Under the pieces are notes generated by a model, which worked only from the letters and a program-made list of their open reading frames with translations, ran no database searches and was not told where the DNA came from. Below are positions 1-11,216 of a stretch of 64,000 bases of DNA, piece by piece; positions within the stretch are counted from its first letter, which is position 1; the number at the start of each line of letters is the position of its first letter. Made by a program: the position numbers and the translations under genes. This stretch comes from Giardia intestinalis (taxonomy: Eukaryota): the NCBI GenBank assembly GCA_000002435.2, contig CM018792.1. The stretch is one strand, 5' to 3'.

Positions 1-39
1 ACCTGTCTAAGACTTGTGAACCTGTAGGCACCTGTAAAG

Positions 40-112
40 TGCTTCCGGTGGGGATCGAACCCACAGCCTTCGCAACGTAAATGCGACGCGCTAACCATTG
101 CGCCACGAAAGC
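40..112 (-). tRNA. tRNA-Val (anticodon TAC/UAC), 73 nt, CCA not encoded
   Basis: Hand-folded reverse complement GCTTTCG-TG-GCGC-AATGGTTA-GCGC-G-TCGCA-TTTACGT-TGCGA-AGGCT-GTGGG-TTCGATC-CCCAC-CGGAAGC-A. Acceptor stem is 7 bp with one G-U pair. D stem is 4 bp and anticodon stem 5 bp. T stem is 5 bp with a GTTCGATCC T-loop. U8, U33 and discriminator A are present. Confidence 0.8.
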
Positions 113-606
113 CTCAGCGCGGGCAAGGACATGTTATGGGTATATAGGATGTTCAGAGGGCAGATTTGGCAGTACTACGCCTTCTAAAAACATACTTCTT
201 TGGTCACGCCAAATCCCCCAGACAACGCAGAGTCTCTATCCGGCCTTGTCTGCTTCCAGGGCTATAGATGTCTGTCACTCTAAAAACGGAAAGCCATCCG
301 CCCCAAGCGCAGGCCTTTGGGGATGGACCGTCACTTTCGTGGCAGCTTCCCTCTGCCTTTTCCAGCACGAAGAATAAGCAAGTACCTGGGAACAATCACT
401 TTGGCGCGAGATTTCAGCACCGAGGAGAGCGTAGAAGCAAGCCAAAGTCCAAGGTGGCTCCAAGAACGCGGCCGGAGCACCTCAATAATAAGGCCACGCC
501 TGTTTACTAAGTGAACGCAGTACACCTGCTGCAGATGCTCACAGAGTAGTTCTCAGAGTAAACCTCTAATTACAGCGGTTGTGAAGAAACAATAAATTAA
601 AGAAGG

Positions 607-1905
607 ATGCTCCGGAAGGATTTTGTCATAACGACAAAGGAGGTACAAGAGCCTCACGGTAATAAAACGATATATGTACTTTCCAATCTCTACTCCTCGT
701 CTGCAGAGGATTTCCCTGCAAAGATCAAGTTAAAAGAGGGCCAGCCGATTACAGATGAGCAGATTAGCCAGGGCCTCTTTGTCTTCAATGTAACTGTGTT
801 CACGCTCTCCAAAACAATAATCCACCAGCACACATATAAGCTATTTGCGTCTGAAATCACTTTGCCCGATGAAGTCCCCAGGGAGCTTCAAGCAATATTT
901 GGGACAAGCATGGTCGGAGAAGGGTCTATCACGTATATACCAAACCCTGTGACATGGAGTCTTCCTGCCATACGCGTATTCTGTGAGCTTGAGGATATAA
1001 TTATGCCTCCAGAACGCAATCATCAAGCCGATATAAATAAGCTTCTCTATCTGAAGACAGGAAAGAGTCCTTCAAGCAAGCCAACTACCTCGATAAATTT
1101 GGACACAGTGCAGCTATTCCTTGAAGAAAGCGTTCAGATACGCGCTTCCCTGAAAGCAGAGTTGACGGACATCACGGTAGCGCCTTCCTTAACCGAGACT
1201 CCTGGTGACAACGAGTCTGGATCGCTCGACAAAGTGAGAGAAGAAGCTCGCGTCGCCCGCCGCAGAATCCTCAAGCAATACAATCGACTCATCTACGATG
1301 GCACAGCATTCCTTAAACCCTTCCGTCAGTGGCTACATCCAGTGTTTTTGGACAAGAACTGCTTCGTTCCCCTCCAGATTATCGTCTACAAATATCTAAT
1401 TAGCAAGGTCATCCAGGAGCAAGGCGATCATTCAGAGCAGGATTGCATTGTCGCTTTGCGCTCGAAGATGCTCTCACTGAATTTGCAGCTGGATGAAGAA
1501 GCAGAAATGGAAGTTGAAGCACAACTATCTGGTTTTGTCCTTTTCGTTAGGCTGTCAGCGGAGTTGGCCACGTTATATCTCAATACTAGCATAGTGTCTG
1601 ATTTGGTTGATCTTTCTAACGAAGAAAGCCCCAAAAAATCGCGTCCCCTTGAAATAGCGATCTGCATATGCAAACCCTTCACCAAAGCGTGGCTCAAGCT
1701 CGCCAAGTATCACAGGCGTGTCGGCAACATCTCCAAATCATTGAGCGTAATATCTTCTTGTGTAAGCCTTCTAGAGACCTATGATCATGAGCAGAATGCT
1801 TTGAAGCGAAAGGTGCTTTTAGAACATAGGTCAATTATCCAGCAACTATCAGAGACTGCTCCTCCCCCACTCAGCTTACCACGAGAAGAAGTGACCCCGG
1901 CATAA
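607..1905 (+). CDS. hypothetical protein (432 aa)
   Basis: Long uninterrupted ORF in an AT-moderate coding context. No recognisable domain. Confidence 0.45.
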   Translation: MLRKDFVITTKEVQEPHGNKTIYVLSNLYSSSAEDFPAKIKLKEGQPITDEQISQGLFVFNVTVFTLSKTIIHQHTYKLFASEITLPDEVPRELQAIFGTSMVGEGSITYIPNPVTWSLPAIRVFCELEDIIMPPERNHQADINKLLYLKTGKSPSSKPTTSINLDTVQLFLEESVQIRASLKAELTDITVAPSLTETPGDNESGSLDKVREEARVARRRILKQYNRLIYDGTAFLKPFRQWLHPVFLDKNCFVPLQIIVYKYLISKVIQEQGDHSEQDCIVALRSKMLSLNLQLDEEAEMEVEAQLSGFVLFVRLSAELATLYLNTSIVSDLVDLSNEESPKKSRPLEIAICICKPFTKAWLKLAKYHRRVGNISKSLSVISSCVSLLETYDHEQNALKRKVLLEHRSIIQQLSETAPPPLSLPREEVTPA

Positions 1906-4900
1906 CCGGCATATTTTGGTGGCACATTATCTCGTTGATGCGTCCATTGCGGTGTGCAGTTAGGACTAGGTCCAACTTGGCACTGCCAATGCGCAGTAGC
2001 GCATCACCCTTTTTGACCTCCTGGCCGACCATAACGAGGAGCTTCTCCACAACCCCTGGTATAGATGCTGCAACATGGGTCTCGTCGTTCACGTCTGCCA
2101 TTGGGCAACACGTTTGATTTGGTATGGAATACTTATACTTGCATGTGTGCTTATGAGATAATATTTGCTTAAGCATCAACCTGGATGGATCCTTGAAAGT
2201 GATCCTGCTCATGGTGGACGGTTCGACTAGATCGCCAGCCTCAAATAACTCCATGATAAATTCAAACTTCCTCTCTGTCTTCTGTAGATCCGTATTTTGA
2301 ACCCTTGAAAGTGTGATAGAGCCTACTATTCCTGTTTCAAACAAGAACCAGCAACTCTCTCCCACTGTGAGTCCCTTACAATATACACTGGAAGGCATGA
2401 GCCACAAGAGATCTGAATATTTCTCTATTCTCTCACGAAACTGGGTATATGGCTTAGGGTACATCGTGCTGCACAGGATTTCTGCATCTTCTGCAGTAAA
2501 GGATGCGCCTTCAACTGCAGTATTGTTTTCTTGTGTATATCTATGAGTCTGCTGTGAGGCTTCTAGTTCTGTACTGGCGCTCCTGTACGACTGCTCGAGA
2601 GATTGTAGGTGGGCCCTAGCATCAGCTTCTGACAGCTTCAACACATGCTTCACCACATGCAGAGGGAATCCGTGATGGGGGAGCCCTAGTTTCCCTTTTA
2701 GTAGATTGACTAAAGAATCGGGCCAGTCAATTGTCTGAGACTTTTGCTTATCTCGTAGAACTTCTGGTTCGAGATTTTTTGCAAGCAGAAATAGTGCTAA
2801 ATCCCCGACAACTTTTGACGAAGGGGTTACTTTTATCAGAAATCCTAGTTCGGCGTTACATCTTGCATATATATCCACAGCCTCATTCCATCGGTATTCC
2901 AGACCCATCTCGCAACATTGCTGATAAAGATTAGTAAGTTGTCCACCCGGCATTTCGTGTTTGTACACATCTGGAGAGGGTGCTGTAAAGTTTGTGTCTA
3001 GCTCCCTATACTCCTTGCGTAGCATTCTCCAATAACTGTCATACACACTTAGGGCCTCAATAATATCTCCGCAACAGTCACCCAATTTGAAGAATCGCGG
3101 TATACATTCTACATGCTCATGATTAGCCTGGTAGAGTCTTTCTTCTGTAGAGTGAACCTGAAGAAATGTTTGCAAGGACGGTTGAGATGTTGATCCCGCC
3201 AGTGAACTTGATGCTAGGTCAATGATATGACAACCCGCTTTTGCCATGGCAAGACATGTGCTTATGCCTGCTCCACTGGTGTCATGGGTATGAAAATGAA
3301 TCGGCTTGGTGGGTCCAATGGCCTCCTTGATCCTGGCTACTAGGGGTGCTGCATGTGCGGGTCTGAGCAGTCCTGCCATGTCCTTTATGCAGAGAATATG
3401 GAAATTCGGCCAGCGAGCAACTATTTCACTGCACAGATTACTGTAGTAGTCTAGCGTATATATGTTTTCCCTTTTAGTTGTATCTAGAAAATCTCCTGTG
3501 AAACATATGCAAATCTCACAGATTGATTTTTGACACCTAGAAAGAATGGTATCCACCGCAACCTCCATTTGCTGTAGGCTATTGAATGCATCAAATACAC
3601 GAAACACATCTAAGCCGGCGTCCGCTGTTTTGATTATGAATTGCTCGATGAAGCTCCTCTCATACGCCGTGTAACCCACTGCATTTGCGCCCCGAAAGAG
3701 CATCTGAGTCAACGTGTGTGGCATGGCCTCAGTAAAGAGCTTCAGACGGTCATAAGGATTCTCATCAAGAAATCGAAGCGACGTATCAAAGGTGGCTCCT
3801 CCCCAGCACTCAACACTAAAAAGAGGTGTCTTATCTATCGAGGGGATTGACGTATTCTGTAACAAAATAGCCCCCTCTATGAGCTCTCTGGTTCGAAGCC
3901 TGGTGGCAAGCAATGATTGGTGGGCATCTCGAAACGTTGTATCAGTGTAGAACAATCGTCCAGACTCGATTATATACTTGCAGACTGCTTCTGGCCCTTG
4001 GCTCTTGAGAATGGACTTGCAGGTGATCGGATGATCTGAGATCCGGAAGCTGAGCCTGTTGATTATGGTGTTTGGCACTGTAATATTACACGGCTCTTTA
4101 ACTGGAGGCAACGAAGTCTTACTGTTGTTCAGTACATCAAATAACTTGCTCCCTTTGAGATGTGCCACGTCAGTTAGATATAGCGTTACCCTCTTAAGCT
4201 GTTCTAAGTGCTCTTGCTGTGTTTCTGTTAACTCTGTAGCCCTTTCGAGTTTTGAAGAAACGATTTTTAGACCCTTTAACTGGGCAACCCACTGCTGTGC
4301 CCTTTCTGTAGTTAACTCATCGAAGACACTCAGGTTACGGTATCGAATATTCCTATGCTTTTTCAGGTTTTTAATTTGAGAGCACTTGATGAGCATCCTG
4401 GCCACAAAGACGGCAATTCTATTGCTGGTATCCTTGCAAGCGTCTCTTGTCTCTGAGTACTCAGGGCCGACGATGATATCATTCACGACTCCTGCGTTTC
4501 TTAGATCAATAGGATAGCACCTCTGCACATGTGCAAGTAGTTCAGCATCGCTGATGAAGTTCGCCCTCATTTCTGCAGTATTGTTCCGATATACAGATGG
4601 CTGCAAGATTGAAGCAGCTCCTTCTGGACTTATCACATTGTAGAATGCCTTCGATAGAATTCCCACATAGTTTCCCCCAGCCAGAGCTAGTGCGCCTCCT
4701 GATCCACCCTCTCCAGTAATAATACTTATAATTGGAACATGCACAGCCTGGAAGGCCAGTAGGCACTCTGAAATTGCTCTTGATTGGCATTGCTCTTCGG
4801 CTTCTGGAGAAGGAAGCGCACCAGCAGTGTCTACCAGTGTTATGACAGGGATACTCAATCTATTAGCAAGGTAGATTGCTCGGGCAGCAAAACGGTAGCC

Positions 4901-5887
4901 AGTGGGAGACCCCAATCCTGCCTCGGGGTCTAGTACATCTTCACGAGATGTAGCAATAGCAATCACAGGGAGGGTGTCTGCAAAGACACCAAACGCAACA
5001 GTGATGCACTTGTCCACACGAAGGCTTGCGGCCATGTCAACAAAGTTCTTCAAATAGTCACATGGTTGCGGGCGAGTTACATTTCTGGCATCCCTATAGA
5101 CGAAAGCATCCTGTACAAGAAAGGCGTCTTCTGTGTCCACTTCGGCCCCATGGGGGACACCCGTTAATCGCAGCAGTGCAGTCTTAGCTGCTGCCTCCAC
5201 GCTTTGCATCCCCTTTCGTTGAATAAGGACTTCCAGGATACCATGAATGCTCGCATATGCACTCTCAAGTGAGTCGAAGAGCTGATCTATCGCTCCCGTT
5301 GCAGCAGCTCTGTCCGTCGTCTGAAACCCTGCCGGAACACTACGATCGAACGCCTCATTACTTCCATTGAATATGGTGTTCTTTATGACGTTCTGGCCTG
5401 CGAATCCAAAGCGGCTTCCTTTGATGCCAAACGTAAGGTCCCCCAGCGTCGCGAAGCTTCCACTTGTCCCTCCATAGCACGGGTCTTTTATTACCACTAT
5501 TACAGGAATGCCCGCCTGCTTCACGCTTTCAATGCAAGACGTTGTGTTTGCCATCTGCATCAGCGCCACAACTCCTTCTTGCATTCGAACCCCGCCAGAT
5601 GCTGCCTCGATCACCAGGGGCATGCAGTGCTCCACGCAATACTCACAGGCACGGGAGAGTTTTTCTCCCTCTGCGCATCCCAGTGACCCGCCCATGAATG
5701 CGAATTCCTGTACAGCCCGTATATATTCTACAGGTTCTTTAACGTGGTAAACATGCATCGCGCAGAGTGAACCTGTTGCCTTGCGGGCAGCCTCTAGCTG
5801 CTTTTTATATGATACTCCTTTAAATACGAAGTCCATATGATCGGTAGAGCACAGGTTAATGAACAGCTCCTCACTCGTGGCTTGCAT
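1871..5887 (-). CDS. Carboxyltransferase / pyruvate-carboxylase-type carboxyltransferase / biotin-carrier fusion protein (Giardia 'acetyl-CoA carboxylase/pyruvate carboxylase fusion', transcarboxylase-like; no biotin-carboxylase ATP-grasp domain)
   Basis: 1338 aa. The N-terminal ~500 aa resemble AccD/AccA carboxyltransferase halves (GGSLGCAEGEK..., ITGEGGSGGALALAGGN). The middle carries the HMGL-like TIM-barrel motif IHFHTHDTSGAGISTCLAMAKAGCHIIDLASSSLAGSTSQPSL, as in pyruvate carboxylase/oxaloacetate decarboxylase alpha. The C-terminus is a biotinyl domain (VKKGDALLRIGSAKLDLVLTA, with AMKM replaced by SAKL). Confidence 0.85.
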   Translation of the reverse strand: MQATSEELFINLCSTDHMDFVFKGVSYKKQLEAARKATGSLCAMHVYHVKEPVEYIRAVQEFAFMGGSLGCAEGEKLSRACEYCVEHCMPLVIEAASGGVRMQEGVVALMQMANTTSCIESVKQAGIPVIVVIKDPCYGGTSGSFATLGDLTFGIKGSRFGFAGQNVIKNTIFNGSNEAFDRSVPAGFQTTDRAAATGAIDQLFDSLESAYASIHGILEVLIQRKGMQSVEAAAKTALLRLTGVPHGAEVDTEDAFLVQDAFVYRDARNVTRPQPCDYLKNFVDMAASLRVDKCITVAFGVFADTLPVIAIATSREDVLDPEAGLGSPTGYRFAARAIYLANRLSIPVITLVDTAGALPSPEAEEQCQSRAISECLLAFQAVHVPIISIITGEGGSGGALALAGGNYVGILSKAFYNVISPEGAASILQPSVYRNNTAEMRANFISDAELLAHVQRCYPIDLRNAGVVNDIIVGPEYSETRDACKDTSNRIAVFVARMLIKCSQIKNLKKHRNIRYRNLSVFDELTTERAQQWVAQLKGLKIVSSKLERATELTETQQEHLEQLKRVTLYLTDVAHLKGSKLFDVLNNSKTSLPPVKEPCNITVPNTIINRLSFRISDHPITCKSILKSQGPEAVCKYIIESGRLFYTDTTFRDAHQSLLATRLRTRELIEGAILLQNTSIPSIDKTPLFSVECWGGATFDTSLRFLDENPYDRLKLFTEAMPHTLTQMLFRGANAVGYTAYERSFIEQFIIKTADAGLDVFRVFDAFNSLQQMEVAVDTILSRCQKSICEICICFTGDFLDTTKRENIYTLDYYSNLCSEIVARWPNFHILCIKDMAGLLRPAHAAPLVARIKEAIGPTKPIHFHTHDTSGAGISTCLAMAKAGCHIIDLASSSLAGSTSQPSLQTFLQVHSTEERLYQANHEHVECIPRFFKLGDCCGDIIEALSVYDSYWRMLRKEYRELDTNFTAPSPDVYKHEMPGGQLTNLYQQCCEMGLEYRWNEAVDIYARCNAELGFLIKVTPSSKVVGDLALFLLAKNLEPEVLRDKQKSQTIDWPDSLVNLLKGKLGLPHHGFPLHVVKHVLKLSEADARAHLQSLEQSYRSASTELEASQQTHRYTQENNTAVEGASFTAEDAEILCSTMYPKPYTQFRERIEKYSDLLWLMPSSVYCKGLTVGESCWFLFETGIVGSITLSRVQNTDLQKTERKFEFIMELFEAGDLVEPSTMSRITFKDPSRLMLKQILSHKHTCKYKYSIPNQTCCPMADVNDETHVAASIPGVVEKLLVMVGQEVKKGDALLRIGSAKLDLVLTAHRNGRINEIMCHQNMPVMPGSLLLVVS

Positions 5888-6038
5888 GTTCGATATCAGA
5901 AAATAAAAAGATCCGGCTGCTAACGTCTACTATACCTACAAGTATATGGGTAGCAATTTACAGTACTAGCCAAACCCTCAACAGATAACAGTGGTCAATC
6001 CACACTGTAGCAAAGTGCACCGAACAAGTAAGTGCTAA

Positions 6039-6668
6039 TCAATCCATCCTGGTGGATATCGGTATGTCTGAAGTGGTACCATCTCGACGTAGAACAACAA
6101 CATGTGCTCCCCAGCCTGAATATGCATCGCGATTTGTGGCCGACCTTATTATCTGCTCCATCAATGGCAAAATCTCATCCTCGCTCATATCTGGCTTAAC
6201 ATGTGTCTCGCACAGCCCAAGCAAGAAGTCGCTGGCTGTGCCCGCTATTTGGAAGTTGGTGCAGTCATCCAGACAGCCGATTGTGTCCATGGCTCCTAAG
6301 TAGGGCTTTCCGTCGGCCTCAAAGCCTGCTATTATTGGGGAGATGAAATAAGGCCCGAACCTGTGCTTATAAAGAAAGGAGGAGATCATCTTGGCAGTAG
6401 CTCTTGGACGAATCTCTCGGTCTTCCTGTAAATGGTATAAGTTACTCTTCATGCGTATCTGACGGTAAGTCGTGAGCACATCTGTTTGCAAGCCTGCAAG
6501 CCCCAGTAGACAGCTCTGGGAAAGGCGGAATATACGCTCCTCGTTGCCTATCGTGAGCGTTTGGTAGCTACAGCCAAGCCTCTTGTCAGCAGCCAGAGCC
6601 ACGCAGTCCTTCCCCTTGATGCCAATGAGTGCGGAGCCGTTATATTCCCAGATGTTCCCCATGGTCAA
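6039..6668 (-). CDS. PSMB3: 20S proteasome beta-3 type subunit (non-catalytic)
   Basis: The 209 aa protein aligns along its full length to beta-3 subunits. [25 protein letters not shown] matches [46 protein letters not shown] and [17 protein letters not shown] are also conserved. There is no N-terminal Thr active site. Confidence 0.85.
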   Translation of the reverse strand: MTMGNIWEYNGSALIGIKGKDCVALAADKRLGCSYQTLTIGNEERIFRLSQSCLLGLAGLQTDVLTTYRQIRMKSNLYHLQEDREIRPRATAKMISSFLYKHRFGPYFISPIIAGFEADGKPYLGAMDTIGCLDDCTNFQIAGTASDFLLGLCETHVKPDMSEDEILPLMEQIIRSATNRDAYSGWGAHVVVLRRDGTTSDIPISTRMD

Positions 6669-6696
6669 TGAACAGAAATTTATTTAAAAAAATCTT

Positions 6697-9600
6697 GTGA
6701 AAGAACCTCAAATGCAGTACAGTCTCTCAGCCGTGCGGATGTTCAATTTCAAAACATTCGTTGGGGAGCACAGTATCACAGATATTCCACGGCTTAGCTT
6801 CATCGTTGGCCCCAACGGATCTGGAAAGACAAACATTTATGATGCTATTCTCTTCGCCACGCTCTTTCCTGATCCTCGAGTGCGTATTTCGGATGGATAC
6901 ATCTCTGCAGGGGCGGACGGTGGATGCTGGGTTTCGTTAACCTTTACTGTAGCCTGTCAAGATACCGACACAGTAGAGCCTAGCCAGATAGGAGCTACGC
7001 TCTCCTTTCACCGTGGGTATCAACGCACTGGTGCAGAGATCTTTAAAATAGATGGCCGAACAGTCACCAGAGAGGTCTACAATTCTAAGTTGAAAGAGAT
7101 TGGCATACTGGGTCAGCGTCAGGTTCCATCCATATTTTATATAAGCAGCGATCAATTGGGGGAAAATATTAGGGCGGAGACAATAATTCAGTACATTGAG
7201 ACAGCGTCTGGAAGCTGCGAATACAACGAGGAGTGCACACATCTGTCAAAGGAGTATACCTCTCTTGAAGCTAAAGTAAAAGCCCAGAAAGCACGACTCA
7301 ACCTTCTCGCCCAAAGAAAAGAGCTGGCAAAGAAAGCAGAAGAAGACAACAAAAAGTATGCAGAGCTGAATCGTAACAGAGAGCTATTTTTTTTCAAGCG
7401 CTTTCTCCTTCCCTTGCTCTCTTACAAATACCATTGTCAGCTTATCGAGCCAAGGATTCTAGCTCTCACTAAGGATCTGTCTGATGCAGAGACAGCAAAG
7501 TCTGCAACTCAGCACCATTTAGCAGAGCTTCATAGCACGTCTCTTGAGCTAACCAAGATCATAACAGAGAGTGATGCAAAGAGTGTCTCGCTAGACAACT
7601 CTCTTAAGGATTTAGAGAGAAGACGCGCGAGTACCATCCTTGCAGAGCAGCAGCTCGCCATTAAAATTAAAAATGCCCATGACCAACAACTTACCTACAC
7701 AGAGAGAAAGCAGCAGAAAGAGCACGAACTTACCCAGATTGATCAGCAGTTACATTCAGTTAATAATGACTTGATAGAGCTGGAGTCACAGATGGGTCAT
7801 GGTTCGAACTGCCAAGTGAGCGCCTCTAAGTTTTTCACAGACGCTTATAAGAAAAGACAGCAAGAGTTCAGCGAATTAAAGGACGCCGATCTCAGGCTCA
7901 TCAGCAACCTGCGACAACGATATAACAAGCAACTACTACATAAAGAACAGCAGCAGCGAGCCGTTGATCAGTTGAGAGATGAGCTGGGGGCTCTGCAGGA
8001 AAGGCAAAGCGTGCTCGAACGGACCCAAAAGCAATGCAAACGATCCATGGATGACGCTCTGTCAAAGGTAAACGCCTGTAGCAGTGAGATAGAACAAATA
8101 AAGCAACAGAATAAAGACATAGACGAAAAGAAATGCGCCAATTTATTGACGCTCGAGAGCTTGCGTAACCAATTAAGCACAGCTATACAGGCTCAAACGA
8201 TGAGTAAGCATGAAGAGGAACTTAGACTGTCACTAAAGGAAAGCCAGGACGCCTTTCCACAAGACGTACAAGGGCTATTAAAGACTATGGTGACGCCCAT
8301 CAAAAAGGAGCACGGGCAGCTACTCCAAGATGCGCTGGGGGCCTATCAGAACGGAGTTGTTTGTTCCTCATCACTAGTCGCACAGAAGTGCATCACTACG
8401 CTAAAGCTCAAAATGAGACGCCCTCTGATGTTCCTTCCTGCGGACTCTCTTAGGATAACTGATCAAGCAACAGCTGCAGACAGAAATGCAGCAGCTAAAT
8501 TCCGCCAGTCACATCCAGGAATAGATATTAGACCCTTCATTGAAATAATAGATGTTAATAAAGTGGCAGAGAAAGCCACAAGGTTTGCGTTACATAACAC
8601 CTTTTACTGTGACTCTGCCTATGAATCCAGTGTTACCGACTTTGCGTGGAAAGACGGAGGCGGGCACAGGGTCATTATGAGTAACGGGGTTCAGCTGAGG
8701 CCAGGTGGAATTGTCTCTTGTGACTTTGGAGCAGATAGTTTTATTTCTTCAACCAGCGATCCTAAGTTAGCTAAACGGCGGCGCGCCAAAGATGTACCAG
8801 CAGGAGGCTTGGCTGATGCAGATGCCTCCCAACAAGCTACGCTTAAAGATGACAAGAAGTCAATGCGCCTCAGTGATGAGGAAGCGTCCCTTCAGTGCAC
8901 AAAACTTATGCAGCTACAGGACTCCCTTCTAGAACAAGCAACGCGAAATATGGAGCGGCTCCAGCGTTTGCAGTATACTGACTTGATCAATTATAATAGC
9001 GAGTATCAACGTGCCGAAAAGGCGTGGGACATGGTCAATCTTCAAATGGCATCTCTCTCTGCCAAATGTGCAGCAGCAAATAATAGCTATGAACAAGCTA
9101 CCAAATCTTTAGATGCTTCCATAAAAGACTGTGAGCAATTAGGGGACGCCCTCTGTGACCAAGAGGAAGCGCTCTGGAATGAAAAGGAAGAGTACTTTTC
9201 CGAGATAGTAGCCGAAATATCAGTTGCTATCAAGCAGGATTCCGATCCATCGCTGGCTAACTTGCGGAAAAAGGACCGGATATTTCTTAAAGATCTGGAA
9301 GAAGAAGATCAGCAACAAAGAGGAGAGATTGTTTTGCGATTCACCAAGTTGAAGGAGATGAAGTATTCTCTGGAAATGCGCAAGCAGTTGGCAGGAAAGT
9401 TTGATTATTCTGAGCAGATTGACAAATTGCGACAAATAATTAAAGAATCTACTGAGCATCGAGCCAAGATTGCCACTGAAAAGCGCACTCTTGATGACCA
9501 AATTGCAGAGACCCGCAAACTTCTTCTCGACCAATCAACGGCATCTAAAGATGCCACTATGCAACGAGCACACATAACTGACCGCATAGCACAGCAACAA

Positions 9601-10773
9601 ATTAAGTTAGGAGCCGCTGGCTCGAAGATTTTACAGTTGAGTACCCAACTAACAGTCATGCAGAGCGCGTTACGGGGTATCCAACGAGATATTCTCCACC
9701 TGTGCGAATCAGCACTTATGACCAATACCGTATTAATATTCGACTCAGTACAGGAAGAGATAGACGCAGAGAACGTGCGCCGGTCCAGAGTAAGGAGCAA
9801 AAAGAGGAATGAAACCTCTGATACCACTTCCCAGTGCATGGCACTTTTTGATGAATGCCAGAGACTACTGTCGTCATCCGAAGAAGACCTTGGAGAGCAG
9901 ATTGCAAGCACATGCAGTGCGCTCCTGGCACTACCTTTTCCATATCATTTTGTTGACCCAGATAGGCAATTGGAAAAGGCGTACACATTAGCTTTGCAGG
10001 CTAACGATTCTAGCTATAATAAATGCATAGAGCCTCTAGAAAAGCAATACAGTATCCTAGAAGCCAAGTTAGGGGATTTGAAGAAAGCGCTGGATAAAGA
10101 GATAGACTCTCTTGACGATTATGTGGCAGTGGACATTAGTCTCGATGATCTAGATAAAGAGCTTTCTAAGGAGACGGAAGAACTCAAGAGCCTACATAAA
10201 AAGAGGAGTGAAGCACATGCTCAATTGACTGTGGTAACTGAAAAACGGAGGAAGCACTTCTTGCATTGCTTTGACTTTCTCTCCAAGGAGATATCAGCGG
10301 TGTACTATGCTTTAGCGTACGATGATGTTGCAGATAGTGATTTGTCAACGCAAGTGGCGTCTCTGACCCTAACTAAGCGCCAAACGCCTTGGACCACTGA
10401 CTTCATTTTTACTGTCTTTCCTCCTAGCAGCTATGCAAAAGGGTTCGACGAGTTGTCCTCCGGCGAAAAGTCTATCGCTCTTTTGGCGTTGGTGTTCTGC
10501 CTTCACCGCTACAAGACTCTTCCATTTCTTCTGCTTGACGAAGTGGACAAGAACTTGGACTCAAGAAACGTTGAGAGGCTATCATATTACCTTTGTCGAG
10601 AGCGCGGATTTCATACTCTTGCCATATCTCACCAGGCGTCCATGTTTGTTAATGGTGACCTTCTGATCGGTGTCACCCGCGTGCGGACCTCACCTGGCGA
10701 GAAGGCGTCCGCCGGCTCATGGTGCGGCGCAGAGATATACCTGCTTGACATGACACACTACAATGGACCGTAG
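6697..10773 (+). CDS. SMC (structural maintenance of chromosomes) family ATPase
   Basis: 1358 aa. N-terminal Walker A is FIVGPNGSGKTNIYDAILFAT. Long coiled-coil arms flank a central hinge-like segment (TTLKLKMRRPLMFLPADSLR ... GGHRVIMSNGVQLRPGGIVS). C-terminal signature motif is LSSGEKSIALLALVF and Walker B is FLLLDEVDKNLD. Confidence 0.8.
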   Translation: MKEPQMQYSLSAVRMFNFKTFVGEHSITDIPRLSFIVGPNGSGKTNIYDAILFATLFPDPRVRISDGYISAGADGGCWVSLTFTVACQDTDTVEPSQIGATLSFHRGYQRTGAEIFKIDGRTVTREVYNSKLKEIGILGQRQVPSIFYISSDQLGENIRAETIIQYIETASGSCEYNEECTHLSKEYTSLEAKVKAQKARLNLLAQRKELAKKAEEDNKKYAELNRNRELFFFKRFLLPLLSYKYHCQLIEPRILALTKDLSDAETAKSATQHHLAELHSTSLELTKIITESDAKSVSLDNSLKDLERRRASTILAEQQLAIKIKNAHDQQLTYTERKQQKEHELTQIDQQLHSVNNDLIELESQMGHGSNCQVSASKFFTDAYKKRQQEFSELKDADLRLISNLRQRYNKQLLHKEQQQRAVDQLRDELGALQERQSVLERTQKQCKRSMDDALSKVNACSSEIEQIKQQNKDIDEKKCANLLTLESLRNQLSTAIQAQTMSKHEEELRLSLKESQDAFPQDVQGLLKTMVTPIKKEHGQLLQDALGAYQNGVVCSSSLVAQKCITTLKLKMRRPLMFLPADSLRITDQATAADRNAAAKFRQSHPGIDIRPFIEIIDVNKVAEKATRFALHNTFYCDSAYESSVTDFAWKDGGGHRVIMSNGVQLRPGGIVSCDFGADSFISSTSDPKLAKRRRAKDVPAGGLADADASQQATLKDDKKSMRLSDEEASLQCTKLMQLQDSLLEQATRNMERLQRLQYTDLINYNSEYQRAEKAWDMVNLQMASLSAKCAAANNSYEQATKSLDASIKDCEQLGDALCDQEEALWNEKEEYFSEIVAEISVAIKQDSDPSLANLRKKDRIFLKDLEEEDQQQRGEIVLRFTKLKEMKYSLEMRKQLAGKFDYSEQIDKLRQIIKESTEHRAKIATEKRTLDDQIAETRKLLLDQSTASKDATMQRAHITDRIAQQQIKLGAAGSKILQLSTQLTVMQSALRGIQRDILHLCESALMTNTVLIFDSVQEEIDAENVRRSRVRSKKRNETSDTTSQCMALFDECQRLLSSSEEDLGEQIASTCSALLALPFPYHFVDPDRQLEKAYTLALQANDSSYNKCIEPLEKQYSILEAKLGDLKKALDKEIDSLDDYVAVDISLDDLDKELSKETEELKSLHKKRSEAHAQLTVVTEKRRKHFLHCFDFLSKEISAVYYALAYDDVADSDLSTQVASLTLTKRQTPWTTDFIFTVFPPSSYAKGFDELSSGEKSIALLALVFCLHRYKTLPFLLLDEVDKNLDSRNVERLSYYLCRERGFHTLAISHQASMFVNGDLLIGVTRVRTSPGEKASAGSWCGAEIYLLDMTHYNGP

Positions 10774-10823
10774 GCGACCGTCTTCGTCGCCGCGTTTACT
10801 CACAGGTCCGTGCACGCGAGAGC

Positions 10824-11216
10824 TCAGTAGAAGTAGCCAATGACCTTGCCACCTATCTGACGGTGCTGAGCTTCGATGTGGTCCATGATGCCCTGGGAAG
10901 TAGTGAGGATGATGTGCCCGAAGAGACGCGACGGCAGAAGATTGACGACCCACTTCTCAATGTCGTTGGCGGGAATGTCGAAACGAGGAGATATGACACC
11001 AGCCTTGTTGAGTCTTCCGATGAGGTTCACGACGATCCTGTTTGAGCGGTGGTTATCCACGACTGCGAAGTCGCTTATGTAGCCGTTCTTCTGCATAAGT
11101 TGGAGGAACTCGATGATAACCTTCGAGGAAGGACGGACAATCACCTGTTTCTTCCCGATGCGTTGGGCGTTGCAAATGGACTTGAGTGCGTCACGGAGAA
11201 CGTTGATGCGAACCAT
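10824..11216 (-). CDS. RPS15A: 40S ribosomal protein S15a (uS8)
   Basis: [50 protein letters not shown]...GKVIGYFY is a canonical uS8 sequence. Start is placed at the MVRINVL Met inside the longer 141-aa track ORF. Confidence 0.85.
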   Translation of the reverse strand: MVRINVLRDALKSICNAQRIGKKQVIVRPSSKVIIEFLQLMQKNGYISDFAVVDNHRSNRIVVNLIGRLNKAGVISPRFDIPANDIEKWVVNLLPSRLFGHIILTTSQGIMDHIEAQHRQIGGKVIGYFY

